Shown in pieces: positions 1-13,106 of a stretch of 64,000 nt of DNA. Position 1 is the first letter of the stretch; each line of letters begins with the position of its first letter. The DNA lies in assembly GCA_046563655.1 (NCBI GenBank), contig CM102286.1:124001-188000 (forward strand), read 5' to 3'. The stretch is from Yuukianura sp. NJ FZ-2021 (Eukaryota). Under the pieces are notes generated by a model. It was given only the letters and a program-made list of their open reading frames with translations, did no database searches and was not told the DNA's origin. The position numbers and the translations under genes were made by a program.

Positions 1-1809
1 AGTTGGAGAACGCCACATTACAGTACTCGCATTTGTAGGGACGCTCCCCTGTGTGGACCCTGCAAACATCGACAAAAATAATGTCATAAATTATCTGCGG
101 ATCTCCTCTCACGCTTCAAGTACTGCAAAAAGCTATGTTCTCACCTCATGTGCACTTTGAGATTCGACTTGTCTGCAAATCTGGAAATAACGGAAATTCA
201 ACTGGTGATAAGCAATTAGCACATTCACCATCAATATTACAAACTCTTACCCCTTGTCACAGACAGTGCAAACGTAAGGCTTTTCGCCGGAATGAGTTCG
301 GAGGTGAAGCATCAAGTTGTGCTTCTTTGGAAAGATTTTGTTGCAAATTTTACAGCGAGGACCGTCCCCTGTCAAATCAAACAAAATGTTCAAATGATGT
401 CTAAAAAGTTGAAAACATCGCGCTATTTAAAATAATGTTTTGTAGCCATCATTTCTATGAACATTTTGTCGTGCTCCAATCCAAATTTTTACCGTCAGCG
501 TCACTTACCAAAATGGACGCGGAGATGATCTCGGAATGGATACTTGTGAATAAATTTCTTTTGACAGAACTGGCATTCGTACAATCCGTCACGATCACGA
601 AACACTTCCAAATTCTGGTTAGGGTCATTTGCGGATCTACAAACAACAAACGCAGTTTAGTTCCCTCAGTTTTTAGGAATAAATTGAATTAAAAAGTGGA
701 ATTACGGTCTTACAGTTGTTTTTGTTCAGCGTCCAGCTCCTCACCATCGTCCTCCCCACCCTCGTCATACAACCCCCCTTTTTGCATTGCTGAAGAGTAC
801 TCTGCCAGTTCCAGTCCAAACGGAAGAGAGAGCATCTCGTTGTCATCTAAATCTTCTGTGTCAAATTCATCGTCTTCGAACAGAAGGTCTCCAGTAATCG
901 GAGGTGACTCGGGTTCGTCGTCTTCAGCGTAAACATCCGAAGGGAATCGCGAATCTTCATCCTCTTCATCCACATCCAGAATCTGGAGTTGCCCGTTTTC
1001 ATAGGCCAAAGCAGACCCACCAGATTCTACTTTGGTGATGGAAATTGAACTCTGTCGGTCCTTGGCCACCAAGTCACTACTCGTCACAGTCATGCCTGAT
1101 GAAGATGACAACTTGCGACAGTCTGGACGACTCTTCCCATTCTCCTTCGAATTCTGCTGAGATGAACTGGGTTGCTCTGCGGATGATGATTCTCCTGTCT
1201 CAGAACCATCAAAGTCCGCATAAGAGGCTTCATGCCACTCTGCAAAATACACAAAATCCAATTAACACAAACTCATTCACCATGGATTCAAAGTTTTTAG
1301 AAAATACTTGAAAACTTACTCTCGAAAACGATTTGCTGAAGCGTCCCCACTTCATATTCTTGTAATTTACGCAGAATAACCCCAGGAGGCTGATCCCCGA
1401 CGTTAGTACAAATGGAATTGCTCAAACTACTTGCCACAACGTCCACAATTGAGAAGGCGATTTCCTCCCGAATTCGGTCGTACTGCTTCTCGAGGTGTGT
1501 GAGTTCCGTTTGAATGGTCCTTAGCTGCCCCACTTTGAAGATACAGGAGGAGCAGAGTGGCAAGTCATAAGTTGTGCCCTTTGTCTTGGTAGCATTTGAA
1601 ACGTCCTCTGGCTTTACGCCGACATCGAAAGCCTTGTATAGACTCTGTCTGATTTCTAATGGCGTGGGTTCGGAACTGGATCGTTTCTTCCTTGACACTG
1701 ACAACTTGCTTTCAGGTTCTTCTGTTGTGAGATGACTCTGAATGAAGCACTGCCTACTGCAAATGAGGCAAGTGTCAGCAAACACTTGACCCTGACCCTC
1801 AGATCCCAT
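1..1809 (-). CDS. C2H2 zinc-finger protein with N-terminal ZAD-like CxxC...CxxC region (3' end runs off the window)
   Basis: Spliced minus-strand exons encode CLIC...CSSC, an acidic linker, then the fingers YECQFCQKKFIHKYPFRDHLRVH, CKICNKIFPKKHNLMLHLRTHSGEKPY, CTVCDK..FADKSNLKVHMR and VHTGERPYKCEYC. Introns are GT-AG. Start taken at MGSEG (1809). Confidence 0.85.
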
Positions 1810-3150
1810 CTTCCAATATCGCTCAAGCAATGGATCTGAAAAAACAACAACAATCAAACGTTTGTGAATCTTTCTTCATTTTCATTTATAGTGTTAAGTG
1901 AAAGTAACATGCATGTTTCTGCAAGGAGATACCCGGTTATGTTATGTCAATGGAAACCAATAGTTGAAGGTTCGGATAGCGTAAAAAAATCGTTTTTAAA
2001 GAGTGACAGTGGATAAGTTACCTTTGCAGTGACTGTTGATGGAACCGTGGAGATGTTAGTGGTGCCTGTCCGTGTTGAGATGGTTATGGCTAGTGATGGC
2101 GGCGTGTGTACCAGTCGTTGTATGAGACTGTGATGGATATAGTGGAATGGAAGGAGACTGCATTGAGGACTCTATACTCTTCCAGTATCCTTTTTTCAGT
2201 CTCTTTCTCTGTCCTGCGGTGTTGCATGGTCTGCTCTCCCCTCCTTCCTTCTTCATTGAGCAGTTTACGAGGCAAACGCACTGGCTACCCACTGATCACT
2301 ACAAAAGAGATCCAAAAAAACAAAGCTCCTCTTCCCTCTTCCAATCAACCACTTCGCTAGTAGACGCCAAGAGGACAACTAGTGGACACAACTACCTCCT
2401 TCCTCCACCATTCAATCAGTATACAGACTCTAATCGGTACTCTCAAAACCGCTTTCTCAACCTCATTCACTCACTTATCTTAAGCCTTTAAAACACAACG
2501 AAGAACATTAAGGGCAGAATGTGGGGCCGAATTCAATATGCGATTAAGGATCAAGGTTTAAAAAGATTAGGATTATTTTAGCTTCCCGAGGATCAGGATT
2601 CAGAGGACAGTGGAACGTCACTGCGACGACTTTTGTCTCTTAGTCAATAAAACGCAACCTAAAACCAAAGTTTAACTTAAATAATGCGCTTAAATGATAC
2701 AAACTCTGTCTCCAATTATAAATTAACATTCCCCTACTAATTAAAACAACTCACGTCTTACCGGGTAAAGTTTACCCTCTTCAGTTGAGTTGTTTTGAAT
2801 TTGTTATTGTTCTTACGTTTGAACCCTCCCGCGCAATTGTCCACCATTTGAAAGAGAGATACCGCAAAGTTCCACAAGATACAGACACCTAACTGAAATT
2901 GGAGGATATAATCCTCCAATGATTATAAAACTACCTAGTATATTAATACTAAATTATTTATTATGTAAAGTATAATAATTTAATATCATTGTGCTCTCGT
3001 TTCCTTTGTGGTACTATGAACAGAGTATAGTAGTGTAATTCATAAGTATTTAAGTAATGAAATGTGGTCCAAAACGGAATTAGTCCAGAGGCACGTAATA
3101 CTTAAGTTGGGGCTTGGCCTGGGGCCCAACGGCGCATGTCTTCCCCCCTC

Positions 3151-6100
3151 TCAAATGGAGGACTTGGAGAAGGACACGCGCAGATGCGAGTTCTCTCCCA
3201 GTTGCTGATTATGCATTTTGATCAACGCTTCAGCTGCCTCCTCAACCGAACTCAACTGCAACAACGCCATCTTCTTCTCGTTCTTTGATCTACCAAAATT
3301 CAAATCCTCCGCTTAAAACTAAAACTCTCCCACCAATAGGAACCAACTTAAAGCTAAGCAACTCTTAGCAACCCGCATGGCCAAACCGATAGCGGTTTTA
3401 GGTCCCCCAACACCTCAGGTGCTTGAATTATGAAAAGCGTTTAGAAATCGCATGATTTCCATAGCAAGTGAAAGAAAATTGAACTTACGGGAAGAATTTG
3501 AGCGCTGCAGGTGAATAACCTGTAATCAAAAGATACAAATTGTTAATTTCAGTCCAATTTTTCTACTTTTAGTAAAATCGTAGTCTGTTGTCAGTGCAGT
3601 ACCGTTGTCCTTGAAGACTTGTGTGATGCGATCCTCGTCCACACTGGTGGGTATGTTGCTGAGATGGAGTGTTTGGCTCGGTGGGTAGATGTTCTGGTAG
3701 TTCTTGGAGTCGGGTTTCTTGAATCGGTGGAGACTGGAGTTGACAAAGTCTTTGGTCAAGCCGGAGTCTGGCTGCCCCTCCTTCGGCATCTGCACAGCCC
3801 CGTGCTTAGAAATACTCACGCGCATTTGCTTCCCATACAAAGACAGTCGGTCCAAAAATCCCAACGCTAAAACAAAGCCAAAATCAACGTCAATCTCAAC
3901 ATTCATTCAATTTGGAAATGTCAAAGACAAGGCCACCTTCGTTCTCAACCAAATTGGCCGTTTTAAGAATATATTTTGAAAAAACTTTTTTCAAAAAAGT
4001 GAACAAAAGTTGAAGGTGAGCCTTGAATTTCTTTTGTTGGGAGGTGACTGACCTAGCTGAGCCTGCGAGGGGTCCTTCATCTGAATGAGAGCAGAGTCCT
4101 TCTTGTTGAACAGAATCTTGACCCGGGTCACGTCCCCATAAACACCTTCGAACACACAAAGAGAGACATAAATAAGTTTAGTTTGGTTTTAAATTCGTCC
4201 CAACTCAGAAAGAATTGTAGGAAGAAAAGTACAAACAAAGCAGTGAGACCAAGAACATACCAAATAGTGTAAAGAGCCCATCAGGTGAAACTAACTGCAG
4301 AAGAGAAAAACAAAAAACAGTGAAAAAGAGTTACAACGTATTACACGGTTTCAAAAAAGGAGTGTAGCCCTTGGAAATGTTTAAATTCTTTTCCTTAAGT
4401 CCCCCTCTAAATCCTCCCTTAAGGACCCTTCTCTCTTTCAAGGGACAAGTCAAAAGTAGGATGATAGAGGCTCTACATATTTTGCGACGAACACCAGGAA
4501 AAGACAAAAAGTGAAAAACCGAATCACTGAAAAATAACAAAAACAATTACAGAGCGTGAAACCAAAAATTCACAAAAACGAGAAATTGAAATTCCACAAA
4601 AAGATTTGTACGGAAAGTATAAATAAACATGAAAATACATTTTGGTCGTCGTCATTCGACGCCTGTCTACAAACCGACTTTAAGCAACGGTGAAATTGCG
4701 CTTCTAAAATTTTTAAATTGTCGCTCTTTTAAAAGTCCTTTTAAAATGCGCTCTTATAAACCTTTACGGTTCAATTTGTTTCGCTGAATGTGGCAAAATA
4801 AAGTAAAAGTTTGGCGTCGTACGGGAGTTGCGTCGCAGGTAGCTGCGAATTGCGTTGACTAATCCACTGACTAACCTGTTCATTGAGATTGGATACCAAA
4901 AGGACGGATCCTGGAATAAAGGCTTGTGGCAAGCCGAGACCATTCATCCTGTTTCCAATACTGAACTGTTGGTCGCAGTTGGCGAAGGGCGTGGTGGCCC
5001 CTTGAAAGCGTCCTTGAGTCCCCAGTCCAAACAACCCAGCTCCGTTGAGAGCTGCAGTGCTCATGCCCAACGCTGCAACGGCAGAGAAATTGGCCAGTCC
5101 ACCGTCTGCTCCTGAAGTGTTGAAGGGAAAGTAAGGATCCACGAGAGGTTCGCCCGTCGGAAGTGTTGGATTCGTGTAATCTCGAGACTTGTCATTGTTG
5201 TACCTCACATTCAGAGCTGGCAACTTGCTGTACTCAATCTTCAAAGTGCATCCTCCATTGTAGATGTTCTGTCCATCCAAAGTCAGTTTCGCAGCCTGTG
5301 ACATGACAACATCTGGGTACTGGATCAGAGCCTGGAAATAGCCGCCTTTTGTGAAAGTCACGATCCGCAGAACTTTCCCCACCCGAGAAAAGATTTGATG
5401 CAGAACGTCTAGTGTCACGGGAAAAATCATCCTTTCCACAATGACGCGCAGAACAGTGTTGGCTCCGCCCTGCGTCTCAGTCGGTAAAACGCCAGATCCA
5501 AGAAGAGAGAAATTACTGCTCGTCAGAGCTTGAGCCGCCGCAAGTGCTGCCTAAATAGACAAATCAATCCATTACTCTTGATTTTCTATACAAAAGTGAT
5601 ATTAGGAGTATTCCGAGGATTAGTGAATCCCTTTTCGTACCTGTGCTGCTGAGTTAGCATTTGAGTGTGTGGAGTCTGTCTTGAGTTCGGAGTGAGTCGA
5701 ATACTGGACAAAGACTGATCTGCCACGGAGTTGTGCAGCACAAGTCGTAAAATAAGTAACCATGGCAACCGCAGATCCCTCATCTGCCATCTCCAGAAAT
5801 GCCTGATTCTTGCCTTTGAGCACAAGGACATTGTTGACCCGTCCAAAGGGGATGCCCAAGTGGACAATCTCAGTCTCCGTGACGTCAGTCGGAATGTTCC
5901 GAATGTGGACGACCTTGGAAGGGGGGTTGTTGTGTGCCAATTTGATCTTCTTCGAAGAGTCATTGTTGTTCATCAGAGGGGGACTCGCAGACCCATTCCC
6001 GTTCTCAGACGGAGATCCCGAAGGCATCCCACTTCCCTGAAAAACACACACAAATCAAAAGTTAAAAAACTAGTTAAAATTTAACTTTAAATTGAATTGA

Positions 6101-8049
6101 AATGATAATTGAGTGGATTATTATTTAGCCTAATTGACTTTGAGTACAATCCTATGCACTTGCACTTTCCAAGACACTGAACCACTCAAGGTCAGCACTA
6201 AAATGACTTTTCCACTACAAAGGAACGTTAGTCTACTGAATTAATCGCTTACATTCGTATAGTGGTGAGTGTACATTTGCCCGGCTCGTGAAGGTAAACT
6301 ATTAACTGTTCAACTCAACTGTTAACACTTATTAAAAATATGTAAAAACGTAAGTTAAAAGTAAATTGTAGATTGGGAGATCATGAGTTAGAAGATGCGA
6401 GTGGTGAATCGGTTAGATGAGTGGACTGACAGTGACACACTGGAAAGGAGAGACTGACGCTCGTGTTCTCAGAACTCTCCTTCACTCTCTATCCCCACAA
6501 TTTCCTTTGTCTTCTTGTCTATATCTGTGCAACTGCTAAGAGAAGACTACAAAAAAGAGTTCAAGTGCGGAGATGCCTCTCTTCCACTCTTTGTTCGGAT
6601 TGTTGTAAAGTGGACAACTAAATAGTTGAGCGTTGTTTTGCACCAGGTAGAATAAGCAAGAGATGGGTTGGCTGGAACTTCAAAGTGCCAGGAGGCACAT
6701 TCCAACCTTCATCTCCAACTGAAGCAGCAGACGGACACAAAAGTGGAAAAGAGCTACGCAGNNNNNNNNNNNNNNNNNNNNNNNNNNNNNNNNNNNNNNN
6801 NNNNNNNNNNNNNNNNNNNNNNNNNNNNNNNNNNNNNNNNNNNNNNNNNNNNNNNNNNNNNCTACGCAGACTCCCGAACATTCAAATTCACCCGAATTCG
6901 GAGAGGGGAGACACAACTAAAGTCTCGCGCACACCTTACAACACAGTCTTCGTACTCACAGAATGTCCCTACTTTTAGCAGCCATTCGTCCCCTTTCAAC
7001 TCTTGAAATGACCTTATATTCTACTTTCTAGGTACTACAATCTTTTTGAGTGTGGAAACGGCTTAACTTGAGTCCTGGCTGCGCTGTTCCTTACTTTTCC
7101 TTGAGCGTTCCTGTCAAAAGTGAGCATCTGTCAAACAATAGTGTCCACTTCATCCACATCTGCATCACAACCATACACAAAACGCACAATTTCTCCCATG
7201 GGAAACTATCTACTCTTAAGTTTTTGACGCAATTCCTGAAACAGCAAAATGAATTTAAGTTCTTATGAAAGTTCTCACCTAACGCACTTTGTAGTTTGGG
7301 ATCCAGTGACCTTCGTAGCTAATCTCTAACTTCTAGCTTCAATTTCCTTTAACTTTCCTTTTTAAGAATTGAGATGTGATTTGATGAAAGTCAAGGGAAA
7401 TGACGATGAGAGGAGCTGGTCAAGTGCACTGATGAGAAGTACTGGGCTCATTTCCTTGGTCTGCCTCATACAAAACCGGTAGAGTAGAGAGGGAGATGTT
7501 GGGTTAATTGTTGGAATTGAGGCTACTACTAACATCATGTTAAAGTAACAAGATGAGACTAGAATTATTACAGTTACTCTGAAAATTGAGCGGAGACTAG
7601 GGATGAATGTCCTGTCTCACCTCTACCTCCAAAACTCATTCAAACATCCACTCAACGTTCCACTCATTAATCATCTCTACCTTCTCATCATTTCCCTACT
7701 CTTTATGCCAAAAAGTGGTCTTCATCTTCAAGTTAATGATCTGGCAACACAACATTCGGAATAGTCAAGTGGCCTCAATCTCCTGTCTTACACAAAACAA
7801 AAAAACAACACACAACAACAATAATCGCAATTTCCGTTAGCATACACAGGTTACAAAAAACTGATCTGTCAACATTTTAGTCTTTAGGTCTCATACGAAC
7901 CCAGCCCCTGCCTATCACCTAGACCTTCGCGTAACGCGTTATAAGGATTAAAAAGTACAACGTTGTGACCTTACCCTTGCGTTTTTGCGTGAGAGTGGCT
8001 TGACTTCATCTTGTTCGAAATAGCGGTAGTCTGAAATTGGACGTTTCAT
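3151..8049 (-). CDS. PTBP1: Polypyrimidine tract-binding protein (four RRMs; PTBP/hephaestus)
   Basis: [11 protein letters not shown] (RRM1), [24 protein letters not shown] (RRM2), [34 protein letters not shown] (RRM3), [30 protein letters not shown]...[11 protein letters not shown] (RRM4). Confident exons ~6038-5641, 5550-4876, 4294-4261, ~4146-4054, ~3866-3602, ~3519-3489, ~3289-3151. Exons 5' of 6038 and the start codon are uncertain. Confidence 0.93.
6762..6861. other. Assembly gap (100 N)
   Basis: Run of exactly 100 N; CTACGCAG occurs immediately on both sides. Confidence 0.99.
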
Positions 8050-9465
8050 TGAGATCTGTCGTTGGTCTCCGTGGCCGGAGAGGAACTGGAAGGAGTCTGA
8101 TTTGATACTGAACGGCCTACACCTCACCGGGCATCTACTGCTAAGGAAAAGACACAACACATGGATATCAACGATCATAAACTTACTTATTAAGCTCTCA
8201 AATCCAGTTACTACTACTAAAATCTTACACTAAGATGTATGTTAGTTGGCTAAAATGTTATAGAGGAACAGGACAGGACTTACCCACCGTCGCTCTTTGT
8301 TGTCCGTTAAAATAGGAAGGACGAAAGAAGACAAGCAGCCACTTCCACGAATCAATCGCCTTGCTTCTGATTAATTGGGAAATTGTTTATGTGCGGAATG
8401 TTTATAGCGGAAATAAAAGAGGAGAACAAACCACTTGTACGAATGTCTTCTTCTTTTTACTCCTTTCTTTCAGTTGACAATCTCTGCAAGCAAAAAGCAA
8501 CAAGAGACGAACAAAAGAAGAGACAACAAAAGACAAACTCAACTAAAAGACACACACAAACCAACACACTTCTCTCACGGGGGACACTAATCCTCGCAAT
8601 CTGCGGAATCCCATTCACAACACTATCATTTCCTCTCCCTCAGCTCCAATAAACTTACACAAATTTATGTTTAATATAGTGTACTAATTAATACTTAACT
8701 TTTTACATTAGTTGTAGTGTTAGAGTTAATTTAATCTTCATTTAATTAGATTAAAAACACACTCCAATTATTTTTGTTGCCCAACGCAGAATGAGGTTTA
8801 GGAAGGGTTCTGGAAACTGCTACCACAACTCAAATGCCATTTCCAAAACAGATGAGAATTGCAATTGCAAAATAATTTAATTCGTGCTTTGCGATGTAAA
8901 AATAACTAACTTACTCAGTTCTTTTTGGTTTAATTAATAACAAACCTCAAATTAATTATTTTAGTTGTTAGTTAGTTGAATTTTAATGATAACGTTATGC
9001 TAGAACATGCAACTTTACGAGTTATTTTGTATTTTGGTTTTTGGATTTCGCATTTTGCAAGTGCATTTCACGTCACAAAGACAAAAAGACGCGGCAAATC
9101 ACCCTCCGGATTCTTGGATTCTTCTTCATCAAGAAAACAGAACGCAACAAACTGACCGACCGACACAAAGGAAACGAGGGAAACTGAGAAGGTAATTAAA
9201 GTTAATTAAATTGTTATCCTAATTAGTAATCAACTCTCTTTACATCTAGCTCAGTTGAAGAAGTCCCTACGCTGTCCGACGTTTCGTACTTTCGTTTGAA
9301 ACGATTATCATCTTTTCTCATCCCCAGACCTGTACCTAAGAAGAGGATCTGGTAAGCTACCGATTACAAGGTTTATTCCTGTTCTTTTTGAAAGTATTTA
9401 GCATGTGATGTTGAAAGTAAATGAGTTTTTATTGAACTTTTGTTGTCTTAGACAGTATCCAACAA

Positions 9466-12400
9466 TGACAACTGAGGCGGCTCGAACCGCAGATGAAACG
9501 GCCGGTCTCTCTCGGTCTCCGACGCAGGACGAAAATGAAGAATGGAAGTGGAATGATGAAGCACAGCCATTTGGATATGTGGACATCTTCACCCATGACT
9601 TGCTAGATGACGACAGTAATCCAGTCCCTCTCGTCACGTACGATGTCAAGCAGCAAAACATCACCATTGGCAGAGAACACACCAATGATATTCGGCTCAA
9701 CGACATGCACATTTCTAGGAACCATGCAATGATTACAGTCTCTCCAAAAGAGGGGGATGATCAATCATATAAGGTACAATCACTGTAATAGAATAACACA
9801 ATCAACATACATCCAAATTCTATAAAACGTTCATAAAACGTTTAGCTTGTCAAATAGGAATCTACAAAATAAGTACTTTACTTGGTTTGATAAACGAAAT
9901 AATCTTTATGTAGATTGTGTTCCAAAACTTTGCCAAAGTTGGTACTTTCCTGCAACTGGACAACAGAAACATCCCGATGGTTTCTAACCAAATCCAAGAA
10001 GTAACAGAGCATATTTTTCCTTTCGGATTTGCAACTTTCGTGTCGTTTGGCGCCGCTACAACCCTGTGAATCCTGGTGGACAACTTGACGAGTCTATTCC
10101 GATTATCCCGCTGAGTCCAAATGTATCCAGAACAGAAGCAGAGTCTCCTTTCGTCACAGGAAAACGTTTAAGTTACGGTGTGATTGGGACTAAGCAGTAC
10201 TCGTACGATAGTCCAAGAAAAAGTTTGACTTCGCCTACACCTTCATCTAACACTGTGCCAAAGGACGTTGAGTCACCGAAACACACTCCGACGACAAACC
10301 AACGTCAAGTGAACTCTGGAGACTTACGAGTCAAACTGCTTCGACATGCACACAAAACGAGCTTAAAGCGGCAGAACAGGTCCACAATCCAAGTCCCCTC
10401 CACTGAAACTGTGGATGAAGAGGACGAGGAACAACAGGGTATCATGTTTTTAAACTTACTTTCTACACTAAATCTTCATTCTTTATAGTTTTGCTTTAAT
10501 GGTTCAATTTTGTAGGTGATGCGGATGCTGAAACGGCTGAGAGTGACAATGACATTCAAGTTAGCGAAGATCCAGACTTGGGAGAGGAAGAAGTTGTCAA
10601 AGGGGACTCAGCAAGGAACCCATCGAAGGAACACATGGAAGGAGAAACGACAATTCCTGTTTCTGAAGTCGTTCAACAGGAACCAACTGGGAACCCATCG
10701 AAAGAAAGCATGGAAATTGAAACAGGAATTCCTGTTGCTGAAGCTGAAGGAGAACCAGATATGAACCCATCGAAGGAAAGCAAAAAGGCTGAAACACCAA
10801 TTCCTGTTTCTGAAGTCGTTCAACAGGAACCAAGTAGGAACCCATCGAAAGAAAGCACGGAAATTGAAACAGGAATTCCTGTTGCTGAAGCTGAAGGAGA
10901 ACCAGATATGAACCCAACGAAGGAAAGCAAACAGGCTGAAACACCAATTCCTGTTTCTGAAGTCGTTCAACAGGAACCAAGTAGGAACCCATCGAAAGAA
11001 ATCATGGAAATTGAAACAGGAATTCCTGTTGCTGAAGCTGAAGGAGAACCAGATATGAACCCAACGAAGGAAAGCAAAGAGGCTGCAACACCAATTCCTG
11101 TTTCTGAAGTCGTTCAACAGGAACCAACTAGGAACCCATCGCAGGAAAGCATGAAGATTGAAACAGGAATTTCTGTTGCTGAAGCTGAAGGAGAACCAGA
11201 TATGAACCCATCGGAGGAAAGCAAAGAGGCTGAAACACCAATTCCTGTTGCTGAAGTCGTGCAAAAGGAACCAGCTAAGAAGCGATCGAGGAAAAGCGAG
11301 CACGCTGGAACGCCTATTCCTGTTGTTCCTGTTTCTGAAGTCATTGAACCAACTAAAACGCGATCGAGGAAAGCCAAGGAAACTGGAACACCAATTCCTG
11401 TTGTTGAAGTCATTGAACAGGAAACAGCTAAAACGCGATCGAGGAAAGGCAAGGAGACTGTAACGCCAATTCCTGTTGTTCCTGTTGAAGTCGTGCAAAA
11501 GGAACCAGCTAAAAAACGATCGAGGAAAAGCAAGGACGCTGGAACGCCAATTCCTGTTGTTCCTGTTGCTGAAGTCATTGAACATGCACCAGCTAAAACG
11601 CGATCGAGGAAAGGCAAGGAAACTGCAACACCAATTCCTGTTGTTTCTGTTGCTGAATTCATTGAACAGGAACCAGCTAAAACGCGATCGAGGAAAGCCA
11701 AGGAAACTGCAACACCAATTCCTGTTGTTTCTGTTGCTGAAGTCATTGAAAAGGAAACAGCTAAAACGCGATCGAGGAAAGGCAAGGAGACTGGAACGCC
11801 AATTCCTGTTGTTGCTGTTGCTGAAGTCGTGCAAAAAGAACCAGCTAAAAAGCGATCGAGGAAAAGCAAGAACGCTGGAACACCAATTCCTGTTGCTGAA
11901 GTCATTGAACAGGAACCAGCTAAAACGCGATCGAGGAAAGGCAAGGAGACTGGAACGCCAATTCCTGTTGTTCCTGTAGCTGAAGTCGTGCAAAAGGAAC
12001 CAGCTAAAAAGCGATCGAGGAAAAGCAAGAACGCTGGAACGCCAATTCCTGTTGTTCCTGTTGCTGAAGTCATTGAACAGGAACCAGCTAAAACGCGATC
12101 GAGGAAAACCAAGGACGCTGGAACGCCAATTTCTGTTGTTCCTGTTCCTGAAGTTCAACAGGAACCGGCTAGAAAGCGATGGAGGAAAAGCAAGGACGCT
12201 GGAATGCCAATTCCTGTTATTCCTGTTCCTGAAGTAGTGCAAAAGGAACCAGCTAAAGAGCGATCGAGGAAAAGCGAGGACGCTGGAACGCCAATTCTTG
12301 TTGTTCCTGTTCCTGAAGTCATTGGACCAACTAAAACGCGATCGAGGAAAAGCAAGGACGCTGGAACGCCAATTCCTGTTATTCCTGTTCCTGAAGTAGT

Positions 12401-13106
12401 GCAAAAGGAACCAGCTAAAACGCGATCGAGGAAAAGCAAGGACGCTGGAACGCCAATTCCTGTTGTTCCTGTTGCTGAAGTCATTGAACCAGCTAAAACG
12501 CGATCGAGGAAAGGCAAGGAGACTGGAACGCCAATTCCTGTTATTCCTGTTCCTGAAGTAGTGCAAAAGGAACCAGCTAAAACGCGATCGAGGAAAAGCA
12601 AGGACGCTGGAACACCCATTCCTGTTGTTCCTGTTCCTGAAGTAGTGCAAAAGGAACCAGCTAAAACGCGATCGAGGAAAAGCAAGGACGCTGGAACACC
12701 CATTCCTGTTGAAGTCGTGCAAAAGGAACCAGCTATAAATCGATCGAGGAAAGGCAAGGACGCTGGAACGCCAATTCCTGTTGTTCCTGTTGAAGTCGTG
12801 CGAAAGGAACCAACTAAAAAGCGATCGAAAAAAAGCAAGGACGCTGGAACGCCAATTCCTGTTGTTCCGGTTCCTGAAGTTGTTCAAGAGGAACCGGCTA
12901 GAAAGCGAGGGAGGAAAAGGAAGGAGACTGGAACGCCAATTCCTGTTGTTCCTGTTCCTGAATTCCTTCAACAGGGACCAGCTAGAAAGCGATTGAAAAG
13001 AAGCGATGGTGACAAGATGGGAGTTGGTGAGGTTGTTGACATGGAACCACTTGGTCGCCTAACACGATCAGCATCAAGAAGGACACAAACCCAGCATGCA
13101 TTGTAG
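9466..13106 (+). CDS. FHA-domain protein with long TP-containing tandem repeat region (Ki-67/MDC1-like architecture)
   Basis: ITIGREHTNDIRLNDMHISRNHAMITV matches the FHA GR...SRxH signature. Exons ~9466-9772, 9913-10438, 10517-13110. A one-base frameshift near 10014-10018 is needed to join the FHA end (FRICNFRVVWRRY) in frame. Confidence 0.8.
10615..12990 (+). repeat. Coding minisatellite: about four 147-bp acidic units, then more than 20 units of ~72-84 bp (EPAKTRSRKSKDAGTPIPVVPVPEVVQK)
   Basis: Direct repeats visible, e.g. AACCCATCGAAAGAAA at 10692, 10839 and 10986 (147-bp period). Confidence 0.97.

Noticed and set aside
10608..12971. 787-aa and other long antisense or off-frame ORFs over the FHA-gene repeats
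   Set aside because: Shadows of a stop-poor tandem repeat; the + frame links to the FHA exons by canonical splice sites.
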